Positions 53,701 to 62,603 are shown, numbered from the stretch's first letter. The stretch: 64,000 nt of DNA from Ruditapes philippinarum (GCF_026571515.1 NW_026852163.1:310001-374000), one strand, 5' to 3'. Program-made: numbers and translations. The notes: a model not told the origin generated them from the letters alone.

Positions 53701-56700
53701 AATGAACATTTTGCCAAAAAAAGAATTTTTCACTATGATATGTTTGAGACAGCAATTACATTTAAAAAAAAATTGCCAATATAATTTCAAGTAAATAAGT
53801 AATACATGTCAACACCAGGACAGGTTTACACTATTTTATTAGAATAATTAAATATTTTTCAAAAATAAGCTAAATCAGTATGGATTTTTTAAAAATGTAT
53901 TAGTTGCAAGTACTATAACCAGATATTTACCAGATGATTTTTTGGTATTCGTTGTTTTTTGTTTGTTTTTAATTGTTTGCCTATTTCTTATTGTTATTCA
54001 AGTATGAATGCATTATTTCAAGTGATCCATGTGCATTTCAGAAAACACAACAGAAATGAAGGCACCGGAATTCTTAAAGACTTTATCAGATCTAGAGGTC
54101 AAAGAAGGTCAAAGTGTAAAGTTCAGATGTAAGGTCAAGGGCATTCCTCAGCCAAGGGTCGTTTGGTACAAGGACGGCAAGATCCTGATGAACCAACTCA
54201 ATTATAAACTTGGTAAATATGATTTAATATGAATATATATAAATATAATATAATAATAATTTAATATCTTAGGAGTTTATAATATTTCTTAAAAAAATTT
54301 CTGTCTGGGATATCCGTGGCTTAGTGGTAAAGGTTGTTGACTTCAAACTGTTTGGCCCTTCAATGCTGTTGGTTTGAATCCTGCCAAAGATTTGAATTCT
54401 TTCTCGTGAGAAAGCAATCTAGCTAGCTTAAAGAACTTCAGTAGTTCTGCTTCAGTGTTTGCTCATGTCTGAAATATTGCATCTGATTCTGTTGTTTTCC
54501 TCCAAGCTAGAAAGTCTCCTTTTGACCTTTTCAGTGTAGATGTTGCTTAAAACCTTCTTTATTTGTAAAAGTGACTGTAGTTGAAAGCTATAGTTGCTAC
54601 AAACTTTATAGCAATATAATCTTAATAAAACAATCTCTGGACAATAGTTTATATCTTACAAGAAATAACAAGGAAAGATTTATTCATGGGCCCTATATCG
54701 ATGAAAAAGGATTATGAGAAAATGGTTGATATAGGAGAAGTACAAATAATGGTATCATAGTAACATATTTAAATTCTGTTATTAATAGAGAAGTTTGGTA
54801 ACCGTGACTACATCCTGGCAATTGACTCGGCTACGATGGATGAGGATGCCGAGTATTGCGCTTTGGCTAAAAATGTTGCTGGAGAGGCTCGCACCAGCGC
54901 ACAACTTCTTGTAGAGCCCAGAAATAAACCAGGTATGTCAGCTTTATTATTTGGTTTCGCGATGTATTGCCATCATGGTGAACTTGATTTTATAGATTTG
55001 AGGTGATATTATACTCATATACATAAATTATGCCCATATTTTCATTGGCAAGTTGAGCTGAATTATCTATATACATGTATTTCAAAAGATTGACTGTAAT
55101 AATGGTGATTTAAAACAGTTGATATAAAAAAAATGTTTAGGATAAAATATTATTTCGCTTCAAATATAAAAAGACTGCCTCACGTGTTTTAGGAATTGAA
55201 AATTACTGGTAAATTCTGATGGATATTTACAGAAATTTCTTTTGGCCACATGATTTATTTATCGTTTTTATGACGTAAATCATGAAATTCAAAGGAAATT
55301 ATGGCAAAGTGTAAACTCATTTTGACTTTCACCTGTTCACTCACCATATACCCTTAGATGGGCATAATGTCACTTAAAGAGTCAGTTCCTATTCTATTTT
55401 CAAACTTCATGTCCGATTTATATGATGCTTATAGTAACATTTTACTGACTTGAACATGATTTTATTTCATATATTTCCTTGTTTTACAGAAAGTGTTCCA
55501 ATTACTGCCAAATCTCCCAAATCACCAAAATCCCCAGAGAAAAAACAGTCTGCGGATGATTTCCCCGATTTATCGTACCTCGGATTGGGCCGGGCTAAAA
55601 CACGACCTGCTAAGTCCACATCATCATCATCATCATTATCATCTTCATTGTCATCATCAAATAAAACGCCAAAGTCTTCAGAGGACAAAACTAAGGATTC
55701 TGATTTGCATAATTTGAGTGAAAGAGTGGCGGAAACGAAAGAAAGTGTATCAAAAGTTGCCGAGGATATGCTGTCATCTTCAAAAGAGGTAGATTTGGTC
55801 TATTTGATTCTATATTTTGTATATGCTTAGGAAAATGTTTGAATTTTCTGTTAATCAGGTTAATATAATTATATAATATATGATATGAAAAAACAAAAAA
55901 ACAAAAAAAACATGACTATCTAACGGAACTCTTTTAACCACTGTTTCTTTCCTTCCTTACTTTTCGTAGAAGTAATAATTAACATGTTACTATGAAACAA
56001 TCTTTCACTGCCTTATTTTCCATACTTGTTTACTTTCACTGGAATATTTAAATGTATACAGGAAAATCTTTAAACAAAAGTAAAGAAATTCCTTCAAATT
56101 TCATTTTTATTTAGAATGAAAACACCTTAAAAGTGATGGCATTTGCAACTTAAAACAATTTTATTTTTGAAAACTTTTTTGACTTTTTATGACAAAACTG
56201 ACTCATATTTTCACAAAATCAGCAATTTTGTTTCATAAAAGACTTAATTTGAGTAACTTTGGCATTAGCTTTTAAGTTGGTATTTTATGAAAAGAAATTA
56301 AAAAAAAGAAAGCTGGATTTTAATGCTTGTACATTTAATTCAGAAATTAAATATTTGCAGGAATTTCTTTCTTTTTCACCCTGGTGAAGGCTATTAACTC
56401 TGTAGATATGGTAATTGTTTTGATCATAGATATCTGGAGATATAACTTACAAGATAAAATTTTTATCGAATGACGTCATGTCATTTTAATGTAATGTAAC
56501 CATTACATTTAATATAAAACATCCTGATATGTTACTTAAATGACGTCAATTGGAATAAGTGACTGTAATTTTGGGTTGAAAAGTGAAAATGCATGATAAA
56601 AACCTACCTCCTAATTATTTGTTGTGCTTACAGTTATGCAGATGTCAGGGCCCACCATATGATAATAATGTTCTGTTCAATGAACATGTTTCAAGCCAAT

Positions 56701-59700
56701 TTTAATTTGACTTCACATATGCCTCATTTTTAACTTGATTTGTTTATCTTAAACAATATAGGGATAATTAAAATTCCTTAAAGTGGTACAATAACTTCGA
56801 TTTTACAATGCATATATATAGAATAAACTTGGCTAGAAACATGTTTTAGAATATTAACTATATTAATATTTCTCGGAAATGGTTCTTTAAATGCTATTCT
56901 TCTGTACATGAAACACAGTGGGTTCACTATAGCTTTGTCAAATGATTTTGTTCCTGAATTCAAGAAATTATACGACAAATTAAACGTTAATAAACTTGTA
57001 GAATAATTTCTATGATAAGACTGGAGTTGTTTTAAATGGGAAACTTAAAATTTTGAACAAGCTGGGAATATTTTTTGAAATCGACACTCAATGTACATAA
57101 AAGAAAAATAACTGAAAATTGTAAGAACCTTTTTTTTTGGGGGGGGGGGGGTGGGGGGGGGTGTTTGTGGAACAAAATCATGTGACGCGGCTCACTTTGG
57201 TAACATTATCGTCACTCATGTTAATCCTATATCTCCGTGTACTAACCTCTCACAGTTAACCGAGATTGACAAAAGTATCGCAGCCATGGACAAGCTTCTA
57301 GAAGATCTAGAGTCGGACGTTTATTCTGTAAATTCAGACGACGTCGAGAACAATAATGAGGTTATAAGTACGCTCCCCGGCTCGGCTGTTCTAGAATATT
57401 CTAACCAATTTTATGTAATGGTGAGTGCTTGCTTAATGGGGGAACGCCCACGCTTGCTTTACACGGTGTGCGGAGAATTGACGCTTCAAAGTAAATTCTT
57501 CAGCATTAAGATATGGAAGGAGGCAAATGGTCAAACTGACCAAAAGTGGTTTCCTAATGCTAAAGATTTTACTTTCAAGCCTCTCTTTCAGTTTTTTTTT
57601 TCCGCTTAATTTTCTTTCTTTGCAGCTTTACAATGCCAATCTTCCTGAAAATAGTTTTCTTTTTCGTTATGAAGAATTTTTTAACCATTATAAAAAAAAT
57701 ACACTACGGTACCTTTAAAATGAAAGAAATTTCTCTGTATAATTATGTCCTCTTGGTGGAAGAAAAACTTACTGTAAAATCAGCAAAAAAAAAAAAAAAA
57801 AAACATTTTATATATGTATATTTATAATTTTTCAAAAAAAAAAATAAAAATCACTGTATATCAATCAGATCACTAAAATCACCATTTTGTTAAAGGGACT
57901 ACACTGAGGTTCTTTAACATGATGGGACTGAAAATATTTTTTCAAGATAAATGTACCATTTGATAGAGGTTTAGACAACTAATCTTTGTGCAACATTTCA
58001 GATCATTAGCTCACTTTGTTTTTCCAGAATAATTATTCAAATTGCACAAAAATGACCCAAAATGAAAAGCATTTAAACGCTTTTCACTCAAATTGGGCTA
58101 AGAAAAGCATAAAAATACGATTTTCAATTTATTTCAAAGTACAATTCTTAACTTTGCATATATTTCTGTTTAAAGTGCCGAAACTCATTTATGTAAGAAA
58201 TTCAAAAGTTATGTTTTTAGGCTTTTAAACCTCAGTGCCCTTTAATCACTATTTCTGAAATTAGAATTTTTATTTTACAATATAAGATTAATAGTTTTTA
58301 TAATAAATACATTTTTGAAAGATTTTACTTCATTTCACTACATCCCCCAGTATGATTTAACAGTAAGTGCTTGTGATAACCTCCCTTTGTTAGAATATGC
58401 TTGTGATTACCTCCCTTTGTAACTTATCCCTATACCTCCTTATTGTAGAAATGTGGGTTTTCTCCCCTTGCTAGATAGTAGCCTGTGTGTGTGTCCTAAC
58501 CCTTGACCTGGTGAAGCCTAAAGTGATTGACCTTTAGTCTATACAAATTTATTTTAGTTCAATTGTGTTGGAAGCTATAAGCTTATTGAAACACTCTTGA
58601 ATCCGTTCCTGAACCAGTCAGTACTAAGTAATGAGTGTAAAGTTTCTTTTTCAAGGAAACAACGGCTTGCCCCTGATGGGGGTTTGAACCCATGCTGTCA
58701 GCAATCCTTAGATTACTAGTCTGACGCGTTAACCACTTGGCCATGCTGCGGCCTTTGCCACCAGTATAGAGCTAGGCTAGCCTGAACATTGGTTCAGTCT
58801 GAACAGATTCTATTCTTTTGATTGCTTAATTTTGATATCTTGATATTGAAATACCTTAAAGATAGAATGGACTGTTCTAAAGTCACTTCAGGGCAAGTCC
58901 ATTATAAAAACTCAGCAGGTTAAGGGTTCAATATTGTTAAAATTGTTTTTTAAAAAGGATAATCCTGTTAATTCACCCTGTAATAGGTATTAGAGGTTAC
59001 GGGTTTTGCTAAAATGGTACTGGTATATTGTAATATAACGCATGTAAACGTTGTTATTTAAAAGAATGGGTTGTACATTACAGAAAGAGGCAGCTGAAAA
59101 TGTGCGGAAAGCGACAAAATCCACGCTGGATTATTTAAACAGTACAGAAGCATATGTGATGAGGGAGAAAGGTATTGGCGATGTTGCTACAAGTACACCT
59201 AGAAACTCGGACACGGAACGTGTATTTAACCCCGATAGTGATGCTTCACATATTGTCTGTGATACAAGTGACGTAACCGTGGAAACGTCTCAAGACGCGA
59301 GCGATGACTCTCATAAAAGTGAGGTGGTGTTTAATTTAAATCCAATGACAATAAATATGGGTGGTTTGAAAGATTCCAAAAATAGAGTTCAAAGTGGCAG
59401 ACGGACTTTATCTAGGTCAAGTTCAAATGAAGACTCAGCGGTTGCTAAGGACAACAATGAATCTCAACGTAGTGATACATTACATACGGACAGACAGAAT
59501 TCTAGTGATACAAGTAGTCATGTGACACATTCTCCAGATGTTACCATGGATACCTCAGATCTGAATGTTTCTCACGATGGTTCTAGTGAGAAATTAACAG
59601 TGAATTTAGGGCCGAAACGCGAGAATAAAGATCCGTACAGGAGAGATTTTTATGTCACAGATACCCCTATGATGCAGAGGAAATCTCCTATAGAGGAGAA

Positions 59701-61889
59701 ACAAAGAGCACGCACAGAGGAAAAGGTTTGTTGAGCTTTTAATACATCTAACATTCAGTTACATACAGAAGAAATTCAAAGTAAAAAACAAGTCGTTGTT
59801 TGTTTTGGTCAATATATTTATAATAAGACGAACAAATTCTTGATGTTTTCTGTCAGATTTTTCAAAATCAGATTTTGCAAACCCTGTGTTTCATGCTGGC
59901 GTGGCTGAATAAGGCTGGGGTATAGGTTTCAGCAGGGTAAAGGTAAAACTAACATGGATATAAGTGACAACTAAATCTTATATATTTCAGATATACCTGG
60001 CTGCTAATACTGTAACTAATCTAGAGAACAAAGTACAGTCACTACAAGATAAGATGAGGGCAGTAAATGCTCTACAAGAACAAGATAAATTAGGTCAACT
60101 AGAAAACGAAGTTGCCCAAACAGTAGCACATGTGGTGTCAACTGAAAAACAGGTACAGAGCATTTCCAAAGACTTTTGCACTAAAATATCAATTGTATAT
60201 TTATTTTGTTGCTGAAATTTGTAAAAAAAAATTGACTAACAGTACAACCTGTGAAAAGTAGCACCCATGAGAGATGTGTTTGTAAAAAGTTGCTTTTGAG
60301 AGGTGCATGTATTTAAGTAGCTTTTGAGAGGTGCTGCATCGGAGAGATTAAATTTATACTAAAGTTAAACTGTTAGAAGATTTGCTACTTGGGTAGTGAG
60401 AGGTTAATGCTTTACGGAGGACCATTGTGCAGAGGTTGGACTGTACTACAAACATTCATATGACTTGTTATAACATGAGAGACACGTATTTTAGTTGTTT
60501 TTGAGAGGTGTTTCTCTGGAGAGATTAAATTTATAGTAAAGTTTAACTGTTGGAATATTAAGCTACTCGGGTAATTAGAGGTTAATGGTTAAGGAGGTCC
60601 ATTGTGCAGAGGTTTGACTGTACTACAAACAATTTGTATAACACACATGTTTGTATTGTTATAACAACAAAATGTTGAAGTTAAAAATATTTATAAGATG
60701 TAAGTATAAGTACAGTCAAACATTGTGCAAAAAAGGCTCATTGTATTGCTAAAGGTTTTTGGATTCTTTCATGTGAGGAAGTTTTTCAGTTAACTCATGG
60801 AACGCCAGTGGTTGTAGAGAGGTCTTCTTCCACCAGTAAAGCTGGAAAGTGGCCATATAACCTTTACACTGTTATTGCAAACCAAACTTAAAACCTTACA
60901 TTTATTTTCAGGTTAAGAAAATAGAAGGGGATGTTTCTAAACTCAAAGCAACAAAACGTCAAGCACCAAGTGTTCCTCCAGCAAGCCCTAGAGAAAGGCC
61001 TGAACCAACTTTCCTTAAAGGTAAACAGAACAGTGGTAATGAATTGTGATAACTATAAATAATAAAAAATAATGAATAAACAAATAATATTTATAAAATC
61101 TTCATATTTACACACAAACCAAAAAATTTTTTTGCTCTGATGAATGCATCAAGACAGTTAAAGATTACTGAATTTTCTTATTTGTGTTGCTTGTTTGTTT
61201 ATATTCATAATTACACTGTAATTTCAAAGATTGCCATGAGTGAAATTCTCTCCTGGGTTGTTCCAATACTTTCATGATTGGAATGTGACCTTGATCATTC
61301 TTGACCTTGACATTGTCAAATTTTCAAAAATGTAACTTCACCTTTTGATTAGCCATTTTGATTCTACAATATTTGGAAATCTTCTATTTTAAATAAAAAA
61401 TAAGATATGTAAGAAACAACTACAACAAAAATAATAATTGTAATAATTTAAGAAAACAGCCAAATTATTGATATTTATAGTCAATATTAGAAATTTTTTG
61501 AAACCTTTTTTGAAAAAAGGGCTCTTTTGCCTTTGGAAACAGGTCCCTTTATGGGAAAGAAAGAAAGATAAACACTATCTTCAAAATTAATACGTAAATT
61601 CAGCATTTCAATTAAAGTTCAATGTTTGATTGTTTCAATTAAAAAAAAAGATAAAATGTCCATGACTATTCATACAATTGACCATTCATACACTGCTGGT
61701 GTAGAAAACGTAAGTTGTAACATTTAATCATTGTATTGTGTTATAGGCGATACAAGGGAACAGGATTTACCTGAGAGTCGTACAGAATTTAACGAGGAAT
61801 ATGGTTCTATAGAACTTCCTAGTGTTAACCGACTCAAAGCTATGTTCGGTGGGATAAAGAGCAGTGACAAAGATTCCTCCATTAAAAGG
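5838..61889 (+). CDS. MYRIP: Multi-exon gene (5'-partial, 3' end uncertain): MYRIP/melanophilin-like Rab effector with two tandem I-set Ig domains; 19 exons, ~1,490 aa in the window
   Basis: Exons 5838-5897, 10567-10704, 38598-38831, 42127-42279, 42932-43015, 44684-44787, 45617-45715, 46295-47327, 48057-48180, 50281-50699, 51416-51607, 54042-54212, 54789-54932, 55490-55788, 57256-57420, 59084-59725, 59991-60152, 60912-61020, 61747-61889 all have AG/GT boundaries and compatible phases. The C-terminal coiled-coil resembles, from memory, vertebrate MYRIP 'VYLAAGTVYGLE...LEDQVATAAAQVHHAELQISDIESRISAL'. The symbol means family-like, not proven orthology. Confidence 0.75.
5959..7478 (+). mobile_element. 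Helentron/HINE (pearl/CvA-like) element carrying ~7-8 copies of a ~166 bp satellite
   Basis: 5' agctcacctg...cagggtgagct hairpin; gtcc-like microsatellite; repeats marked by ctaccaagtttgttcaaat; 3' caggtgagc plus hairpin agggcca-tca-tggccct, then cttgtt. Confidence 0.88.
7615..7830 (+). mobile_element. tRNA-derived SINE family C (central tgtttccttnagcaagaaacttt domain, CORE/V-like)
   Basis: B-box gggttcaaaccc; homologous reverse-strand copies at 36145-36357 and 58536-58752. Confidence 0.75.
8546..8771. mobile_element. Palindromic MITE (~100 bp TIRs, GAG termini), Sola-like, copy 1
   Basis: Long TIRs gagc..catgacaaaaccaac...; flanks gaat/aaat. Confidence 0.85.
8996..9277. mobile_element. Degenerate palindromic MITE
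   Basis: atggtggccgattgcggccattttaaa / tttaaaatggacgctaccgatcaccat inverted repeat. Confidence 0.6.
10567..10704 (+). CDS. Coding exon (ADNESDSGYDPSLYSSF...KITDEDCE), phase 1/1
   Basis: Acceptor tttttgtttcag, donor g|gtaagt; 138 nt; core of ORF 10383..10799. Confidence 0.88.
10748..11105 (-). mobile_element. Kolobok-like element, copy 2 (inverted)
   Basis: agttgcatgcctccagat ... atctggagacatgctgct|ttaa; starts 44 nt after an exon donor. Confidence 0.75.
12280..12472 (-). mobile_element. tRNA-derived SINE family B copy, nested in a TTAA-type MITE (12221-12647)
   Basis: ggattcgaaccc (B-box rc); similar to 53440-53620 (-), 54310-54555 (+) and fragments at ~44800 and ~60760. Confidence 0.72.
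15309..15642 (+). mobile_element. Kolobok-like element, copy 3
   Basis: ttaa|agcagcatgccagat ... atctggaggcatgcagct|ttaa. Confidence 0.78.
17410..17470 (+). CDS. Candidate alternative first coding exon (MIRGRKEGKSYATWFIGFDN), phase-1 donor
   Basis: aaaATG start, 20 codons, then g|gtaaga; splices in frame to exon 38598. Confidence 0.55.
17754..17786. repeat. Poly-C homopolymer (33 nt)
   Basis: Direct observation. Confidence 0.9.
24338..24553. mobile_element. Palindromic MITE, copy 2
   Basis: Same TIRs; 4-bp TSD ATTT/ATTT. Confidence 0.88.
31823..32235. repeat. Minisatellite, 40-bp unit (gcattatttcctatttaacacttttagtttgccctcagaa), ~10 copies
   Basis: Direct repetition, degrading toward the 3' side. 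Confidence 0.92.
32750..32964 (+). mobile_element. tRNA-derived SINE family A with 13-bp TSD
   Basis: TSD ttattcggtttgt at 32737-32749 and 32965-32977; A/B boxes; (caaa)n tail. Confidence 0.92.
33020..33298 (+). mobile_element. Additional SINE-like element (5'-truncated)
   Basis: B-box ggttcgaatcc and (caaaa)n tail; lies between SINE A and MITE copy 3. Confidence 0.5.
33303..33515. mobile_element. Palindromic MITE, copy 3 (internal deletion in left arm)
   Basis: Same TIRs; TSD not clean. Confidence 0.85.
35287..35620 (+). mobile_element. Kolobok-like element, copy 4 (3'-degenerate)
   Basis: ttaa|agcagcatgc start and internal homology (gcccttact...cagtagaaat). Confidence 0.62.
36145..36357 (-). 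mobile_element. SINE family C copy
   Basis: Reverse-complement homology to 7615-7830 and to 58536-58752. Confidence 0.75.
37941..37995 (+). CDS. Candidate alternative first coding exon (MDRIYSVPLTELERCQKI) with GC donor
   Basis: ATG preceded by an in-frame stop, 18 codons, then ag|gcgagt; phase 1 fits exon 38598; local CpG-rich patch. Confidence 0.35.
38598..38831 (+). CDS. Coding exon (EIDNSLFSPPPPLGQ...DTKEQEKR), phase 1/1
   Basis: Acceptor ttctctaatttcag, donor g|gtaaat; 234 nt open, in a different frame from the listed 38601 ORF. Confidence 0.88.
41957..42131 (+). repeat. Tandem ~28-34 bp repeat that duplicates the splice acceptor (aaatttgttactatttttagacata)
   Basis: ~6 units; the last supplies the true acceptor at 42126. 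Confidence 0.9.
42127..42279 (+). CDS. Coding exon (DIYKEAFESTKRTEEAKFKVRFDNLLQEMQQSF...GSTS), phase 1/1
   Basis: Acceptor tattttttag-like, donor t|gtaagt; 153 nt. Confidence 0.9.
42932..43015 (+). CDS. Coding exon (YGELMSTYRGRVKDLLVSLSQRLELAVE), phase 1/1
   Basis: Acceptor ttattacag, donor a|gtaagt; 84 nt. Confidence 0.88.
44240..44370 (+). mobile_element. Degenerate 3' remnant of the 48294-type HINE element
   Basis: acagaaatgtgaccctttttgaactcagaaa ... atagccgagcatgctgtcc...actctt resembles the 3' end of that family. Confidence 0.55.
44428..44662. mobile_element. Palindromic MITE, copy 4
   Basis: Same TIRs; 4-bp TSD ATAT/ATAT. Confidence 0.9.
44684..44787 (+). CDS. Coding exon (SFDETCACNPSLTSQKVKLMISKLVEDRLGESLDL), phase 1/0
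   Basis: Acceptor tttatag, donor ttg|gtaagt; 104 nt. Confidence 0.88.
45617..45715 (+). CDS. Coding exon (TSDEAVSDLSSLSDESGEQKSLEDQIAQAVIAR), phase 0/0
   Basis: Acceptor tattttag, donor agg|gtatgg; 99 nt. Confidence 0.9.
46295..47327 (+). CDS. Large coding exon, acidic/disordered (VLELHRNQ...QDWRGNWIFK), phase 0/1
   Basis: Core of the 357-aa ORF; acceptor tcttgcag, donor g|gtttgt; 1033 nt. Confidence 0.95.
47383..47605 (+). mobile_element. tRNA-derived SINE family A with 12-bp TSD
   Basis: TSD acttggcaattt / acttggaaattt. Confidence 0.9.
48057..48180 (+). CDS. Coding exon (GASGMAPYNN...YVMVPKPNEILAPTIGN), phase 1/2
   Basis: Acceptor ttttttgtatag, donor ag|gtattg; 124 nt. Confidence 0.9.
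48294..49725 (+). mobile_element. Helentron/HINE element (same terminal family as 2457-3443) with a ~163 bp tandem array
   Basis: agctcgactattc / gaatagtcgagc sub-TIR; (gcgtcc/ggcgtc)n; near-identical units at ~48375, 48538, 48701 and 48866; 3' gctgtc-ctaca-gacagc hairpin. Confidence 0.88.
50281..50699 (+). CDS. Coding exon (RDVDDMSDLSE...; start of Ig domain 1: PKFEIPPDSITISEGEPARLTCRVAGTQPL), phase 2/1
   Basis: Acceptor gtttatag, donor g|gtattc; 419 nt; I-set A/A'/B strand pattern. Confidence 0.95.
51110..51296. mobile_element. Tc1/mariner-like MITE remnant (TA-CAGT terminus)
   Basis: tacagtcagacct ... acaggtttgttgtta; similar termini at 60240-60630. Confidence 0.5.
51416..51607 (+). CDS. 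Coding exon, C-half of Ig I-set domain 1 (DVFWYK...DAGQYMCMAINEKG...LHVK), phase 1/1
   Basis: Acceptor aattttcag, donor a|gtaaga; canonical Trp and D-x-G-x-Y-x-C-x-A-x-N-x-x-G motif. Confidence 0.95.
51635..53430 (+). mobile_element. Helentron/HINE element with (gtcc)n and ten ~145 bp tandem units
   Basis: sub-TIR tatatgcccgaaag / ctttcgggcatata; (gtcc)n at 51675-51735; array ~51943-53370; 3' hairpin ccgc-cta-gcgg and ctcttgtt end. Confidence 0.88.
53440..53620 (-). mobile_element. SINE family B copy, directly after the HINE element
   Basis: gggatttgaacctacagtggtgaggggcaggtggtttga matches the 12430 region. Confidence 0.7.
54042..54212 (+). CDS. Coding exon, N-half of Ig I-set domain 2 (APEFLKTLSDLEVKEGQSVKFRCKVKGIPQPRVVWYKDGK), phase 1/1
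   Basis: Acceptor catttcag, donor g|gtaaat; classic titin-like I-set pattern. Confidence 0.96.
54310..54555 (+). mobile_element. SINE family B copy (degenerate)
   Basis: A-box tggcttagtgg, B-box ggtttgaatcc. Confidence 0.7.
54789..54932 (+). CDS. Coding exon, C-half of Ig I-set domain 2 (EKFGNRDYILAI...DAEYCALAKNVAGEARTSAQLLVE), phase 1/1
   Basis: Acceptor attaatag, donor g|gtatgt; A-x-N-x-x-G ... A-x-L-x-V motif. Confidence 0.95.
55490..55788 (+). CDS. Coding exon, Ser/Pro/Lys-rich (ESVPITAKSPKSPKSP...MLSSSKE), phase 1/0
   Basis: Acceptor gttttacag, donor gag|gtagat; 299 nt; (TCA)n encodes poly-Ser. Confidence 0.92.
57256..57420 (+). CDS. Coding exon (LTEIDKSIAAMDKLLEDLESD...QFYVM), phase 0/0
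   Basis: Branch-like ctaac plus ctctcacag acceptor, donor atg|gtgagt; 165 nt. Confidence 0.9.
57894..58241 (+). mobile_element. Second TTAA-flanked element family (partial copy at ~13390-13657)
   Basis: ttaa|agggactacactgagg ... cctcagtgccct|ttaa; internal homology to 13390-13657. Confidence 0.65.
58536..58752 (-). mobile_element. SINE family C copy, nested within a TTAA-type MITE (58497-58930)
   Basis: gggtttgaaccc (B-box rc) and taaccacttggcca (A-box rc); the host element resumes at gcctttgccaccag. Confidence 0.8.
59084..59725 (+). CDS. Coding exon (KEAAENVRKATKS...RARTEEK), phase 0/0
   Basis: Acceptor cattacag, donor aag|gtttgt; 642 nt; core of the 227-aa ORF. Confidence 0.93.
59991..60152 (+). 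CDS. Coding exon, MYRIP/melanophilin-type C-terminal coiled-coil (IYLAANTVTNLENKVQ...VAQTVAHVVSTEKQ), phase 0/0
   Basis: Acceptor tatttcag, donor cag|gtacag; sequence resemblance to the MyRIP/melanophilin Rab effector C-terminus. Confidence 0.93.
60240..60632. repeat. Tandemly duplicated ~160-190 bp MITE-derived segment
   Basis: ggagagattaaatttata...ccattgtgcagaggtt(g/t)gactgtactacaaaca occurs twice. Confidence 0.75.
60912..61020 (+). CDS. Coding exon (VKKIEGDVSKLKATKRQAPSVPP...TFLK), phase 0/1
   Basis: Acceptor ttattttcag, donor g|gtaaac; 109 nt; continues the coiled-coil. Confidence 0.92.
61747..61889 (+). CDS. Coding exon (GDTREQDLP...ELPSVNRLKAMFGG...SSIKR), phase 1/0
   Basis: Acceptor gtgttatag, donor agg|gtaggt; 143 nt. 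Confidence 0.9.
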
Positions 61890-62271
61890 GTAGGTATTTT
61901 TATAAAATAAAAGTAGAAAATTTACAAAAAAAAAGAGAAAAATTTTAAAAGTGTGAAAGATTTTCTTAAAACATTTCACAAAATCTGCTTTTAAGTGTTC
62001 ACTATTTTATTGTTGTAATTAATATCACAGAAAAGTATTATCCTAATCTCAAATTTCTATGACACACATTGGTTTTGTCTTAATAGCAAAATTAAGAAAT
62101 AACTAAAATTTTCAGAAAGAAAGATTTGTTGCGTTCTTTGCATGAATATTAGTATTGATAAAAGACGGACCAGGTTAAATATGAATACAGATTTGTGTTG
62201 GAATAATTTTTTTAAAAAAATGGGCAAATTTTATTCAGAACATATTCAATGTTTTTAAGGATAATTATATG

Positions 62272-62475
62272 GTTAAACACTTAACCGGCTAGATTTATGT
62301 AATGAATTTGCCCTACTTTGAAATGGAACTGACCACAGTTTAAGAGATTTTAAAAAATCAGAAATACAAATCAAGCACCCCAATCTGCCAACAGTATAAA
62401 GCCTTGGCAGACTGCATTGAAGTGCAGGCTGGGCTGGCTCTATACTGGTGCAGTGGCAAGTACTATCGGTAATCA
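62272..62475 (-). mobile_element. Inverted copy of the same MITE family
   Basis: ggctctatactggtg is the rc of caccagtatagagcc. Confidence 0.6.
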
Positions 62476-62588
62476 CTTTTGGGTGTGCGAGCAGTATAAA
62501 GGAAATAAGTTTGAAACAATAGAGAGTCTCTTTTTTTTTGTTAGAAATCATGACATAATATATAAATATTATGGGATATAATCTGTAG

Positions 62589-62603
62589 GTTCAAAGGTCA
62601 TCG
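62589..62603 (+). CDS. Candidate 15-nt microexon (VQRSS), phase 0/0
   Basis: ctgtag|gttcaaaggtcatcg|gtaagt; consensus donor, weak pyrimidine tract; in frame with the previous exon. Confidence 0.5.

Noticed and set aside
50609-54932. Calling the gene titin, twitchin, MLCK or a cell-surface Ig receptor
   Set aside because: Only two Ig domains, with no Fn3, kinase, signal peptide or TM segment visible; the C-terminus points to MYRIP/melanophilin.
55467-55717. Poly-His and poly-Asp ORFs
   Set aside because: Alternate-frame and antisense readings of the (TCA)n poly-Ser exon.
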